DNA of 64,000 bases, taken from positions 9,921-73,920 of the forward strand of contig CAYHFD010000001.1 in NCBI GenBank assembly GCA_964355855.1. The letters are read 5' to 3'. Of this stretch, positions 19,748 to 28,910 are shown piece after piece (position 1 is the first letter of the stretch; each line of letters begins with the position of its first letter). The position numbers and the translations under genes are program-made. The stretch comes from an uncultured Candidatus Saccharibacteria bacterium (GTDB lineage Bacteria; Patescibacteriota; Minisyncoccia; Phycocordibacterales; XYD1-FULL-46-19). The notes beneath the pieces are model-generated. The model was given only the letters and a program-made list of their open reading frames with translations, made no database searches and was not told the origin of the DNA.

Positions 19748-20920
19748 ATGATTATCCTCGCCATCGAGACTTCCTGTGACGAAACTGCAATCAGTATTGT
19801 GAAAGCCGAGGGTGATTTAATATCGCCAAATTTTGAAGTGCTTGCCCATATTGTGTCCTCGCAGGTTGCCTTGCATGCCACTTGGGGTGGGGTGGTACCC
19901 AACCTCGCCCGGCGCGAACATATTGCCAATCTTATCCCCGTTTTAGAAGAAGCTCTGACTAAAGCCCAGCTCTACACCGAACGTGAACACCCCGAATTAT
20001 CAAACACTGAGTGTTTGATAATTCGGGAAATTTTGGAACGAGAAGAAGGTCTAGCTGAAAACATTATTACCTTCCTGTCGGAAATTCAGATTCCGAATAT
20101 TGACCTGATCGCCGTTACCGCCGGCCCCGGCCTTGAGCCCGCCCTGTGGGCTGGCATCAACTTTGCTCGCGCCCTAGCTACGGCTTGGATGAAACCACTC
20201 GTACCGGTCAACCATATGGAGGGACATATCGTCTCGGTTCTTGCAGACGGAGAAAGCACTAAATCCAAAAACCGAAATTTGAAACAAATAGAATTCCCGG
20301 CGGTGGCCCTGTTGGTGTCTGGGGGCCACACCGAGCTAGTTTTAGTGAAAGCGTGGGGCGAGTACCAGCGACTCGGCGAAACCCGTGACGACGCCGTGGG
20401 TGAAGCTTTTGACAAAGTCGCCCGCCTCATTGGCCTACCTTACCCAGGCGGACCCGAGATTTCTAAATTAGCCCAAGTCGCCCGCGCCCAAAACCTGTCT
20501 GGTGATTGGTCCCTCCCCCGCCCCATGAAAAATTCTGGCGACTATGACTTTTCTTTTTCTGGTATCAAAACGGCGGTTCGTTACGCGGTTGAAAAAAAAG
20601 GAGAATTGACTAACGAAAACAAATTGACCCTTGCCCGCGAATTTGAAGATGCGGTAGTGGAAGTACTGGTCGCCAAAGCAATGTCGGCCTGCAATGAACA
20701 CGGCGCTTCTACTCTCATTGTCGGCGGTGGCGTTATTGCCAACCAATATCTCCGTGCCCAACTAGAAAAAATATGCACGGAAAAAGGAATCAACCTTCTC
20801 CTGCCAACCCTCGAAACTTCCACCGACAATGCCACCATGATCGCGATAGCGGCCTTTTTTCACCAAAACGAAAGCGCGGGCGCGGATGAAATCCGCGCCC
20901 GAGGCAATCTGAAACTCTAA
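19748..20920 (+). CDS. tsaD: tRNA threonylcarbamoyltransferase
   Basis: IETSCDET, VNHMEGH, LLVSGGHT, DDAVGEAFDK, TDNA. Confidence 0.96.
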   Translation: MIILAIETSCDETAISIVKAEGDLISPNFEVLAHIVSSQVALHATWGGVVPNLARREHIANLIPVLEEALTKAQLYTEREHPELSNTECLIIREILEREEGLAENIITFLSEIQIPNIDLIAVTAGPGLEPALWAGINFARALATAWMKPLVPVNHMEGHIVSVLADGESTKSKNRNLKQIEFPAVALLVSGGHTELVLVKAWGEYQRLGETRDDAVGEAFDKVARLIGLPYPGGPEISKLAQVARAQNLSGDWSLPRPMKNSGDYDFSFSGIKTAVRYAVEKKGELTNENKLTLAREFEDAVVEVLVAKAMSACNEHGASTLIVGGGVIANQYLRAQLEKICTEKGINLLLPTLETSTDNATMIAIAAFFHQNESAGADEIRARGNLKL

Positions 20921-20962
20921 CTTCAAAAAACCCTTACGGCGTGGTACGATATCGACAATGAA

Positions 20963-21077
20963 TCCCGTTAGAGGTCACGGACACTAAACTTACTTTCACC
21001 ATGAAAAACAAAATTATTATCAAACTAATTCTGGGTAAAGGCAGGGACAAACAGTCCGTGTCCTACCTCTAACGGGA
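20963..21077. mobile_element. MITE inserted in the valS start codon
   Basis: TIR tcccgttagaggt / acctctaacggga, inner IR cacggac / gtccgtg, 4-bp TSD tgaa. Confidence 0.8.
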
Positions 21078-23212
21078 TGAACGAAAAACTACTAAAGCCC
21101 TACGACCCCGCGACCACCGAAGGTCGAATTTACGAAACTTGGGAAAAGTCCGGCTATTTTAACCCCGACAACCTGCCGGCCAGCCACACCCAGCCCTTTA
21201 CTATTATTATGCCCCCACCGAACGCCAATGGGCACCTGCATGCTGGCCACGCTCTTTTTATTACCATTGAAGACATCATGACCCGCTACAAGCGGATGCG
21301 GGGTTATAAAGCACTGTGGGTACCGGGTGCCGATCATGCTGGTTTTGAAACCCAAATTGTCTATGAAAAAAAACTAGAAAAAGAAGGTCGTTCCCGTTTT
21401 GGCATGGACCCCAAACAGCTTTACGACGAGATTTATGCTTTTACAATCGAAAATAAAAAATATATGGAAGCCGAGATGCGAGCCACCGGCGCTTCTTGCG
21501 ATTGGTCCCGGGAAAAATTTACTCTCGACGAAGACATCATCAAGAAAACTCAAACTACTTTCAAAAAAATGTATGATGATGGTTTGGTTTATCGTGGCAA
21601 GCGCATCATCAACTGGTGTAGCAAACATCAGACTTCCCTTTCCGATGTGGAAACCGAATTTAAAGAAAAAAAAGAACCGTTTTATTATTTTAAATACGGA
21701 CCTTTCACTATTGGCACCTCCCGCCCCGAAACCAAATTTGGCGACAAGTATGTGGTTATGCATCCGGCCGACTCTCGCTACCAAGAATATACTCACGGGC
21801 AACAAATAGATTTGGAATGGATCAACGGCCCCATCACTGCCACGGTTATTAAAGATGAAGCAATCGATATGGAATTTGGCACGGGCGTGATGACTATTAC
21901 CCCTTGGCATGACGCGGTTGACTTTGATATTGCCCAGCGTCATCAACTTGAAGCCGAGCAAATTATTGACTTCCGGGGCAAGCTTTTGCCAATTGCCGGT
22001 GAATTTGCCGGTCTCAAAATTACCGAAGCCCGACCAAAGATTGTGGAGAAATTGAAAGCCAAAGGTCTGCTTGAAAAAATTGAAGAAGAATATGTCCACA
22101 ATGTTAAGGTTTGCTACAAATGCGACACCACGATTGAGCCACAAATAAAAGAACAGTGGTTTGTCAAAATGAAACCGCTAGCGGCTAAAGCGATTGAAGC
22201 TGTCAATAATAATAAAATTAAATTTATTCCCGACAATTATCGGAAAATATTTCTCTACTGGCTGGAAAACACTTTAGACTGGAACATTTCCCGCCAGATA
22301 GTGTGGGGTATACCGATACCCGCCAAAATTTGCGACGCCTGTGGAGCGAGCGTGCCCGATTTAGATAATACAATTACTGCTTGCCAAACTTGTGGTAAGG
22401 AAATGCGTGCAGATACCGACACTTTCGACACTTGGTTTTCTTCGGGCCAGTGGCCACAGCTGGTTTTAGGCTATCCCGATGCTAAAGATTTTGCCACCTA
22501 CCACCCAACCGATGTGATGGAAACTGGTCACGACCTAATTTTTAAATGGGTACCACGGATGGTTATTTTTGGTCTTTATCTAACCGGCCAAGTCCCCTTC
22601 CACACGGTCTATATGCACGGTTTAGTTAATGACGCTCAAGGTAAAAAAATGTCCAAATCCAAAGGCAATGTCGTAGACCCAATCGAGATAGCTGAAAAAT
22701 ACGGCATGGACGCCCTGCGTATGGGACTTGTTATTGGCAACCCACCGGGCTCTGATTCGGCCCTCGCTGAAAATAAAATCAAGGGCTATAAAAACTTTGC
22801 CAATAAGTTGTGGAATATTAGCCGGTTTATTTTGGAAAATACCGAGGGAATTGATTTTGATCCAAATTTTACGGCTTATAGTGAAGCCGACGTCACCTAC
22901 CGCGATGAACTAGCCAACCTTATTGGTGACATCACAACTGATATGGAAAATTATCGCTTTCACTTGGCAGCCGAAAAACTCTATCACTACGCTTGGCATC
23001 GCTTGGCCGACGACATAATTGAAAATAGTAAAAATATTTTACGGGGCGATGACGAAGAAGCCAAGAAATCGCGTGCTCAGTTTCTCCTTCAATCCTTAAG
23101 AACCATTTTGACCGCCCTCCACCCCTTTATCCCATTCGTGACCGAAGAACTTTGGGGTATAATAAATAAAGGTGACACGCTCCTTATGATCGAGCCGTGG
23201 CCTCATAATTAA
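21077..23212 (+). CDS. valS: Valine--tRNA ligase (compact, no C-terminal coiled coil)
   Basis: PPPNANG.LHAGH, WNISRQ, DTFDTWFSS, KMSKS. Confidence 0.95.
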   Translation: MNEKLLKPYDPATTEGRIYETWEKSGYFNPDNLPASHTQPFTIIMPPPNANGHLHAGHALFITIEDIMTRYKRMRGYKALWVPGADHAGFETQIVYEKKLEKEGRSRFGMDPKQLYDEIYAFTIENKKYMEAEMRATGASCDWSREKFTLDEDIIKKTQTTFKKMYDDGLVYRGKRIINWCSKHQTSLSDVETEFKEKKEPFYYFKYGPFTIGTSRPETKFGDKYVVMHPADSRYQEYTHGQQIDLEWINGPITATVIKDEAIDMEFGTGVMTITPWHDAVDFDIAQRHQLEAEQIIDFRGKLLPIAGEFAGLKITEARPKIVEKLKAKGLLEKIEEEYVHNVKVCYKCDTTIEPQIKEQWFVKMKPLAAKAIEAVNNNKIKFIPDNYRKIFLYWLENTLDWNISRQIVWGIPIPAKICDACGASVPDLDNTITACQTCGKEMRADTDTFDTWFSSGQWPQLVLGYPDAKDFATYHPTDVMETGHDLIFKWVPRMVIFGLYLTGQVPFHTVYMHGLVNDAQGKKMSKSKGNVVDPIEIAEKYGMDALRMGLVIGNPPGSDSALAENKIKGYKNFANKLWNISRFILENTEGIDFDPNFTAYSEADVTYRDELANLIGDITTDMENYRFHLAAEKLYHYAWHRLADDIIENSKNILRGDDEEAKKSRAQFLLQSLRTILTALHPFIPFVTEELWGIINKGDTLLMIEPWPHN

Positions 23213-24021
23213 TGCCTCCTCAATCGACCCTTGATTTAAGTACCACTATCTTTGCTTTGGTTGGCGGTTTTGTCCCCGCTTTGATTTGGTTGTGGTTTTG
23301 GTTGCAAGAAGACAAACGCCGACCAGAGCCAGCTGGCCTTATCGCCCAAACATTTGTCGCTGGTGGACTGGCGGTCACTATCGCCTTTATTGTCCAAAAA
23401 TTATTGGCCGGTGGTTTACAAAATTTAGGTTTAAGTAGTTTTGATACCAGTGACCCATCTTTTTCCTTGGCCTTTTTTATATCGTCGTTTGGCATACTTC
23501 TAGTCTGGGCGGGGGCGGAAGAAATTGTAAAATTTTTAGCCACCTATTTTTCGGTATTTCGTAATCGCAATTTTGATGAGCCGATTGATGCGATGATTTA
23601 TTGTATTACCACCGCTATTGGTTTTGCCGCAGTAGAAAACACTTTGTTTTTGCTTAGCACTATTTTGTCGGGCGAGGATAGTATTTTTTTTCTTCTCACG
23701 GGTAATTTACGGTTTATGGGTGCCACGGTAGTTCATATAGTTTCTTCAGCTATTGTTGGTGGTATGGTTGGTCTGGCCTTTTGTTCACCTAAAATTACTA
23801 AAACTTTTGCGGTTGTGTTTGGGTTGTTCACTGCCACTTTGTTGCATGCTCTTTTCAATTTCCTTATAATTACTTCCAGTGGTGAAGAGATGTTGCGAAT
23901 ATTCGTAGCGCTATGGATCGCCGCTATTTTCATTCTATATTTCTTTGAGAAAGTAAAAGTCACAATTTGTCACCCAGCGACTGTGATCACCGCAAAAGAA
24001 ATAGATATTGATACCGATTAA
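23212..24021 (+). CDS. PrsW-family intramembrane protease
   Basis: AEEIVK, GFAAVEN, H...HALFN. Confidence 0.88.
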   Translation: MPPQSTLDLSTTIFALVGGFVPALIWLWFWLQEDKRRPEPAGLIAQTFVAGGLAVTIAFIVQKLLAGGLQNLGLSSFDTSDPSFSLAFFISSFGILLVWAGAEEIVKFLATYFSVFRNRNFDEPIDAMIYCITTAIGFAAVENTLFLLSTILSGEDSIFFLLTGNLRFMGATVVHIVSSAIVGGMVGLAFCSPKITKTFAVVFGLFTATLLHALFNFLIITSSGEEMLRIFVALWIAAIFILYFFEKVKVTICHPATVITAKEIDIDTD

Positions 24022-24051
24022 GTAAAAAATTAATAAATAATTTTATCTAGT

Positions 24052-24513
24052 ATGGCAAAAGATCGACGATCCTTTTTTGAAAGAATTACCGGCACAATTT
24101 CGGTAGCCGATGACCGCGATAATTACGAGGAAATAGTTCCCGAGACCAGTCGCCCTGAACCAGATTGGGTAGAAGAGGAAGAGGGTGAACTATCGGTAGA
24201 TGTTTATCAAACCCCCAGCGAAATAATTATTCAGACCATGGTCGCCGGGGTGAAACCCGAAGAGTTAAATATCAATATCACCCGCGAAATGGTCACCATC
24301 AAGGGTACCCGCGAAGCTGCCCGCACTATTGCCGACGAAGACTACTTCCAACACGAACTTTATTGGGGTTCATTTGCCCGGACTATTCTCTTGCCAGCCG
24401 AAGTAGAAACCGAGGAGGCCGAAGCAACCGAGAGAAATGGTTTGCTGACAATCCGCCTGCCAAAAATTGATAAGGATAAGTCCACAAAGTTGAAGGTGAA
24501 GACGGGACAGTAG
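24052..24513 (+). CDS. Hsp20 small heat-shock protein
   Basis: VDVYQT, ELYWGSFAR, NGLLTIRLPK. Confidence 0.9.
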   Translation: MAKDRRSFFERITGTISVADDRDNYEEIVPETSRPEPDWVEEEEGELSVDVYQTPSEIIIQTMVAGVKPEELNINITREMVTIKGTREAARTIADEDYFQHELYWGSFARTILLPAEVETEEAEATERNGLLTIRLPKIDKDKSTKLKVKTGQ

Positions 24514-24586
24514 ACAATTTAATCCACTCTTAAAATATATGACAAAGGGCCGCTCGTTTACGAGCGGCCCTTGTTGCGACCCCGGT

Positions 24587-24913
24587 TCAGATCATATATA
24601 TTGCCTTTTCTTGACGAGGGTAATCAACCACCATCCGCTCCAAAGCATTGACGATATCGGAGACACTATGCGGGGAGTAGGATACATATACCTTCCATGC
24701 ATCATCAGAATCCTTCGGTGGTGATGTCATCTTTGTGACGACAAAACGCACCCCTTTGGTTTCTGAGCACAGAAGTCCAAGATGGACGTGTTCACCCTTC
24801 CTGAATGGTTTCTTCTCGTCTTTCCTCTCCTCCTCCCATATCTCTCGGCAATGGGTCATAGGGAATATGTATTCCTTCCCCCTGATGGTGGCTATAAATT
24901 TCACACGGTACAT
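24587..24913 (-). CDS. Orphan protein in stand-alone unit
   Basis: SD GAGGAGG, TTGCTA-17-TACCTT promoter, terminator at about 24545-24571. Confidence 0.55.
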   Translation of the reverse strand: MYRVKFIATIRGKEYIFPMTHCREIWEEERKDEKKPFRKGEHVHLGLLCSETKGVRFVVTKMTSPPKDSDDAWKVYVSYSPHSVSDIVNALERMVVDYPRQEKAIYMI

Positions 24914-25026
24914 CTCGCCAACCCTCCTCTTTTGTTTTTTCGCTCAGTATCTTCAATTAAGGTATCTTATACGGCAAAGGATAGCAAGCACACACGAAAA
25001 AGGCCTCCATCACTGGAGGCTTTTTG

Positions 25027-25391
25027 TGCTTGGGGGCGGGTTCGAACCGCCGACCCTTCGCTCTTCCAGAGCGTTTGGACTATATCATCATCCGTTCTGC
25101 TAATAAGCAGAGTTAGGAGGCAGGCGCTTCCCCTCAACTACGCTCGGGGTAAACCCTAAGCTAATCAAGAGTACTCCCTTTCGGGATAGTCTCTACACCT
25201 TCCGAGCACCACTTTTGAATTCTAGAATATTCTAAAAACCAAAAGTGGTGCTCGGCTTGGCTCGGGATTGTCCAAAAAATTAATCTTGGGTGTCCCCCGA
25301 ATTCACCTACTTTTTCGATCCACTTTACAATAGAAAGGCCCGAAGTTTTTTAGGGTCCAGGCGAATGCTCTACCAACTGAGCTACCCAAGC
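25027..25391 (-). tRNA. tRNA-Phe(GAA) split by a group I intron (exons 25359-25391 and 25027-25066)
   Basis: 33-nt and 40-nt exons join into a 73-nt cloverleaf with ttcgc-ctGAAga-gcgaa. Confidence 0.92.
25067..25358 (-). ncRNA. Group I self-splicing intron (292 nt, no ORF)
   Basis: U at 5' splice site, terminal G, GTAGAGACTA and GATATAGTCC core motifs, IGS CUUCGGGC forming P1 and P10. Confidence 0.9.
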
Positions 25392-25460
25392 AATTTTTAT
25401 CTAACCCTTATTTTATAGCATGTCTGAGGCCAGAAATAAAGCCCAGGATCGAGTGAAATT

Positions 25461-25706
25461 TTACCGCCCCGGAATCGGCAAATTCTGGAACACCCCATTT
25501 AGCTGGTTGTAGGCAGCCAAAACTTGGTCTAAATAGGGTTGCAGATAATAGTAGGTCCACAGGCCAATCCCAAGCACTATTACCCACTTTAGAACCGAAT
25601 AAATCGCCTCTAAACGGCGATAGGACAAGAGTTTTTTCAACATTCGGCGATTATCCTTCCCGATAGCCAAAGACTCCTCTAGTAAGCTTTTTGTTTCCTC
25701 ATCCAT
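25461..25706 (-). CDS. Small single-TM protein
   Basis: 81-aa ORF, typical CPR-like small membrane protein. Confidence 0.7.
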   Translation of the reverse strand: MDEETKSLLEESLAIGKDNRRMLKKLLSYRRLEAIYSVLKWVIVLGIGLWTYYYLQPYLDQVLAAYNQLNGVFQNLPIPGR

Positions 25707-25832
25707 TTGGTAAAAGTATAGCGAACCTGGCTTGGAAAATCAAAGGTTGGGCATCTTCCCTTTCTTCTTTACAGAACAATAAATAAATGATATAGAAAGT
25801 AAAGAGATAACCCAACCACAAGGAGAAGCTAG

Positions 25833-26393
25833 ATGGGTACATCGACAAGAGGGCGGAGAGACGTGCTCATCATCCACCCTTATGGGTTCATCACGGAACT
25901 AGACAACAGTGGTTCTGCCGGCTCAAAAGCACAAATTGAAAGGGCTCGCGAACTCATCCGCCACCACAAGGTTGCTGAAAATTGTGTTATGGTCTTTCCT
26001 CAGGGATATTACCCTCACCGACCGGAGAGTCTAGGTGAGAACATGGTCCGTTACATTCGGAGCTTATCGGAATTTAAGAATGTCTATGTGTTGCAGAGTC
26101 CATGTTCGCGAGGCACGGCCACTGACACCATAGCCGCTTATGACATGGTGGAGAAAGACGGGATAGACAGGTCACTTATGTTCCACTTCGTGACCGATCC
26201 CGTCCATATGCGGCGCGTACGGTTAATCTGGTTCCTGACCCACCCCCGATACAGAGGCTGGCAGGCCACATTTCACCCGGCTTACGGGCACCAAATGACC
26301 GCCAGAGAGCGTAACCTCCGCGAGCCATTGGCTCGCGTCAAGGACGCAGTAAGACTTCTACCTGTGTTCGTTAAGCGACTCATTGGCCGTTGA
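25833..26393 (+). CDS. Divergent YdcF/DUF218-like protein
   Basis: S.GT.......VTDPVHMRR; SD AAGGAG; own terminator. Confidence 0.6.
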   Translation: MGTSTRGRRDVLIIHPYGFITELDNSGSAGSKAQIERARELIRHHKVAENCVMVFPQGYYPHRPESLGENMVRYIRSLSEFKNVYVLQSPCSRGTATDTIAAYDMVEKDGIDRSLMFHFVTDPVHMRRVRLIWFLTHPRYRGWQATFHPAYGHQMTARERNLREPLARVKDAVRLLPVFVKRLIGR

Positions 26394-26624
26394 TTCCATC
26401 CGTCTAATACAACTACACCCCGGTAGCACTTGTGCTGCCGGGGCAAATTTTATTTACACAAATTTAATTCCTCTTACTGGCACTTCAGCGCCGACCGACA
26501 CTGGGCTTTTTGGGCCCCCGCCAGCTGATCACAAGCCGCACCGCTGACAATTTTCCTTCAACTCTGTTCAGGATGGTGAACCCGTCGAATCCACAACTTT
26601 TTCTTTGGCGACAATTCAGTAACC

Positions 26625-27386
26625 CTAGAGACAAAGAACTGATGAAAAATCTTGATGGCCACGACCAGGCTGACATCGTTGGGTAGTTATTGGGGTTTCT
26701 AAAACCCAAGCTTTATAGCCATAATCGTAATGCGCAGGCGCAACCTTTCTCGATGCGCTAGAGGAATCGTCTCGAAGTCCTTCGTATGTAGCTGTAACAT
26801 ATATAACACCTCCTGTATTACTTACGGAGACCAAAACTTCGGAACAGCTGTCCGGTGTGCATCCTCCCCATGTAGCTTTAACTAATGCAAGCGCCTCACT
26901 ATTTGAAAGGGTAAGTGGAACAGCGGTGATTGTGAAAGTGGAATCACTTACATCTTCAACAAAGCCTCCTCTAACTGGACGAATAAAAATCTTATATTCA
27001 CCCGTCTGGAGATTGGAAGAGATAGTCCACTTATAAAGACCAGAGTTCCGGACATTCAAAGCTACATAACCAGCTCCTTGCCCTGAACCTTCTGATCCTT
27101 CAACAAGTCCAATGTCAACATTACTTTTTATTGAGTTTGATAACCACTTAATGTCATATGTCTTGCCACCTTGATATTTCTCTCCTCCATTTGGCGAGAG
27201 AACGGTGATTGAAGGTTTAGAATTAGAAGACAGAGGAGTGATGTTGGAAGTTGGTGCCGGCTCTTGTGTGACTGGTCCAGATTTTTTAACAAAAACAAAA
27301 TATCCCACTGTACCAACGAGAATAGCAACAATTACTACTATCAAAACAATATTTACAAATCCTTTTTGATTCATATAATAATTCAT
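26625..27386 (-). CDS. Surface protein with pilin-like N-terminus and Ser/Thr-rich Ig-like domain
   Basis: QKGF then TM; ITVLSPNGGE..GK.YDIKW. Confidence 0.72.
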   Translation of the reverse strand: MNYYMNQKGFVNIVLIVVIVAILVGTVGYFVFVKKSGPVTQEPAPTSNITPLSSNSKPSITVLSPNGGEKYQGGKTYDIKWLSNSIKSNVDIGLVEGSEGSGQGAGYVALNVRNSGLYKWTISSNLQTGEYKIFIRPVRGGFVEDVSDSTFTITAVPLTLSNSEALALVKATWGGCTPDSCSEVLVSVSNTGGVIYVTATYEGLRDDSSSASRKVAPAHYDYGYKAWVLETPITTQRCQPGRGHQDFSSVLCL

Positions 27387-27491
27387 AAATTATTTTTCAA
27401 CTTTATAATTAAAAACTTCTTCCTCAAAATTAAATACTAGGCGAGCTTAAGTAATATAACTCCGTTTTTTATCATACCATGATTTTCTGGC

Positions 27492-27684
27492 TGGTACCCC
27501 AGGCTCCTGGGAAACCCTGCTCCTCCGCTAAAGCTAGCGGCACGCGGGCGGTTTTCCCAATCCTTCCCCGCCTGCCATCGGCTGCGCCATCAGGCAATGG
27601 CGGGCAGGCTCCACGGGAGACCAGGTGTTCTCCTCTAAGCCGTTCGGCACGAGCTAGGCCGACCCCACTCCCTGCCGGGGGCAC
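27492..27684 (-). ncRNA. tRNA-Arg-linked structured element with acceptor-stem-like ends and terminal CCA
   Basis: 5' arm GTGCCCCCGGC pairs with 3' arm GCCTGGGGTACCA; core shared with 17940-18085. Confidence 0.6.
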
Positions 27685-27702
27685 AACTCGTTCCCCTCGT
27701 TG

Positions 27703-27774
27703 TGCCCCCGGCAAGAATCGAACTTACATCAGCTCGTTAGGAGTGAGCCGTTCTATCCATTGAACTACGGGGGC
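27703..27774 (-). tRNA. tRNA-Arg(CCT)
   Basis: GCCCCCG...ctCCTaa...GTTCGATTC...CGGGGGCA. Confidence 0.92.
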
Positions 27775-27823
27775 AAAGTAAAAATGAGCTCACGCTCATT
27801 TTTGCATAAATTTATAACTTAGG

Positions 27824-28084
27824 CTATAAGCCAAGCTGAGATTTTATTCTATCCTCATCAAAACCAATGGTCATTTCCGCTGGCCCTGAGGGATTTGAAG
27901 GGTCGCTAATAAAAATTACCGGCACGCCCATCTGTCCGCTCTTATCAATCATTTCTTTCGCTTTGGCCCGATCGGCTACCACATCAATATCCTCGAAAGC
28001 CACATTATTGGCCTTAAAAAAATCCTTGGCCATATGACAGAAGTGGCAGGTGGAAGTGCTGTAAATGACAACTTTTTTATTCAT
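27824..28084 (-). CDS. Glutaredoxin-like (NrdH) protein
   Basis: CHFC, SGQMGVPV, GFD. Confidence 0.88.
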   Translation of the reverse strand: MNKKVVIYSTSTCHFCHMAKDFFKANNVAFEDIDVVADRAKAKEMIDKSGQMGVPVIFISDPSNPSGPAEMTIGFDEDRIKSQLGL

Positions 28085-28111
28085 AAAAATTGAAAACTAA
28101 GGGTAATTGAC

Positions 28112-28408
28112 CTATTGTATCACACGCTCTAGATAGTCGGAAATATCATCTGTCAAAGCAGTTTTATTACGTTTTTGGTAACCACAGTCCAAACATTTAT
28201 GGGTAATAACAAATTCATCGCCATCTTTCTCCAGTTGCTCTGGTTCCATCAATCCCCCACACTCAGACCCTCGATCACCCGGATTTATATCGACATGTTT
28301 ACTCCACAAACAAAATGGACAATGGTTGGTATAGCCATCACCCTTTACGTCTTTACCACAATAGCCACAAATAAAATCCTCTTTTACTTTTATAAAATTC
28401 TCAGCCAT
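28112..28408 (-). CDS. RNHCP-domain protein
   Basis: FIC..CG, YTNHCPFCLWSKHVD..PGDR. Confidence 0.88.
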   Translation of the reverse strand: MAENFIKVKEDFICGYCGKDVKGDGYTNHCPFCLWSKHVDINPGDRGSECGGLMEPEQLEKDGDEFVITHKCLDCGYQKRNKTALTDDISDYLERVIQ

Positions 28409-28410
28409 AG

Positions 28411-28481
28411 TGCGGAATACGAGAATCGAACTCGTGTCTATTGCTTGGGAAGCAACCATTTTGCCACTAAACTAATTCCGC
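28411..28481 (-). tRNA. tRNA-Gly(CCC)
   Basis: GCGGAAT...gttgc-ttCCCaa-gcaat...GTTCGATTC...ATTCCGCA. Confidence 0.93.
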
Positions 28482-28602
28482 AGAAATGATGCCTAACTTG
28501 ATGTGTGGGTGAACTATATCCGCAAAATTACTACTGGATTTTCATAAATTATACTCGCATGACTCGTTAATTTATGGAAGAAGCAACCATTTTGCCACTA
28601 AA

Positions 28603-28910
28603 CCCACACACTAACTTTTGTTTTGGAAAAGTTCTAAAGTTTTACCAATACGCTTGAGAAGCTGATTACGCGCTTGCCCCCTTAATTTTAAACTACTCTC
28701 CCTGTTGCGCGCCTCCTCCTCAATCGAATAAGCTTCATAATACAGTAGTTTAAACGGGCGTCTAGATTTGGTTGAACGAACTTTTCCTAAATTATGTTCT
28801 TCTAGACGTTTCTTTAAATCATTGGTTGAGCCAACATAAAGATCATGGTCTTTTAAACTTCCTAAAATATACAAGAAGAACATAATTTGAAACAAAAGTT
28901 AGTGTGTGGG
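28603..28910 (-). mobile_element. 308-bp TIR element carrying only a GIY-YIG nuclease
   Basis: Perfect 21-bp TIR cccacacactaacttttgttt, TSD taaa; sits in an exact copy of tRNA-Gly nt 1-33. Confidence 0.85.
28611..28883 (-). CDS. GIY-YIG endonuclease
   Basis: FLYIL...LYVGST.DL..RL.EHN.G...STK.RRP..L.YYE......A..RE..LK. Confidence 0.9.
   Translation of the reverse strand: MFFLYILGSLKDHDLYVGSTNDLKKRLEEHNLGKVRSTKSRRPFKLLYYEAYSIEEEARNRESSLKLRGQARNQLLKRIGKTLELFQNKS

Noticed and set aside
21374-22144. Long antisense ORFs in valS (and likewise in groEL, ftsZ, typA)
   Set aside because: Antisense shadows of conserved genes with no independent motifs.
24735-25159. Homing endonuclease associated with the group I intron
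   Set aside because: These ORFs are antisense shadows with no LAGLIDADG, HNH or GIY-YIG motifs, and the intron is too short to encode one.
27472-27763. ORFs 27472-27714 and 27479-27763
   Set aside because: They overlap tRNA-Arg and its trailer element, with low-complexity Pro/Arg/Gly translations.
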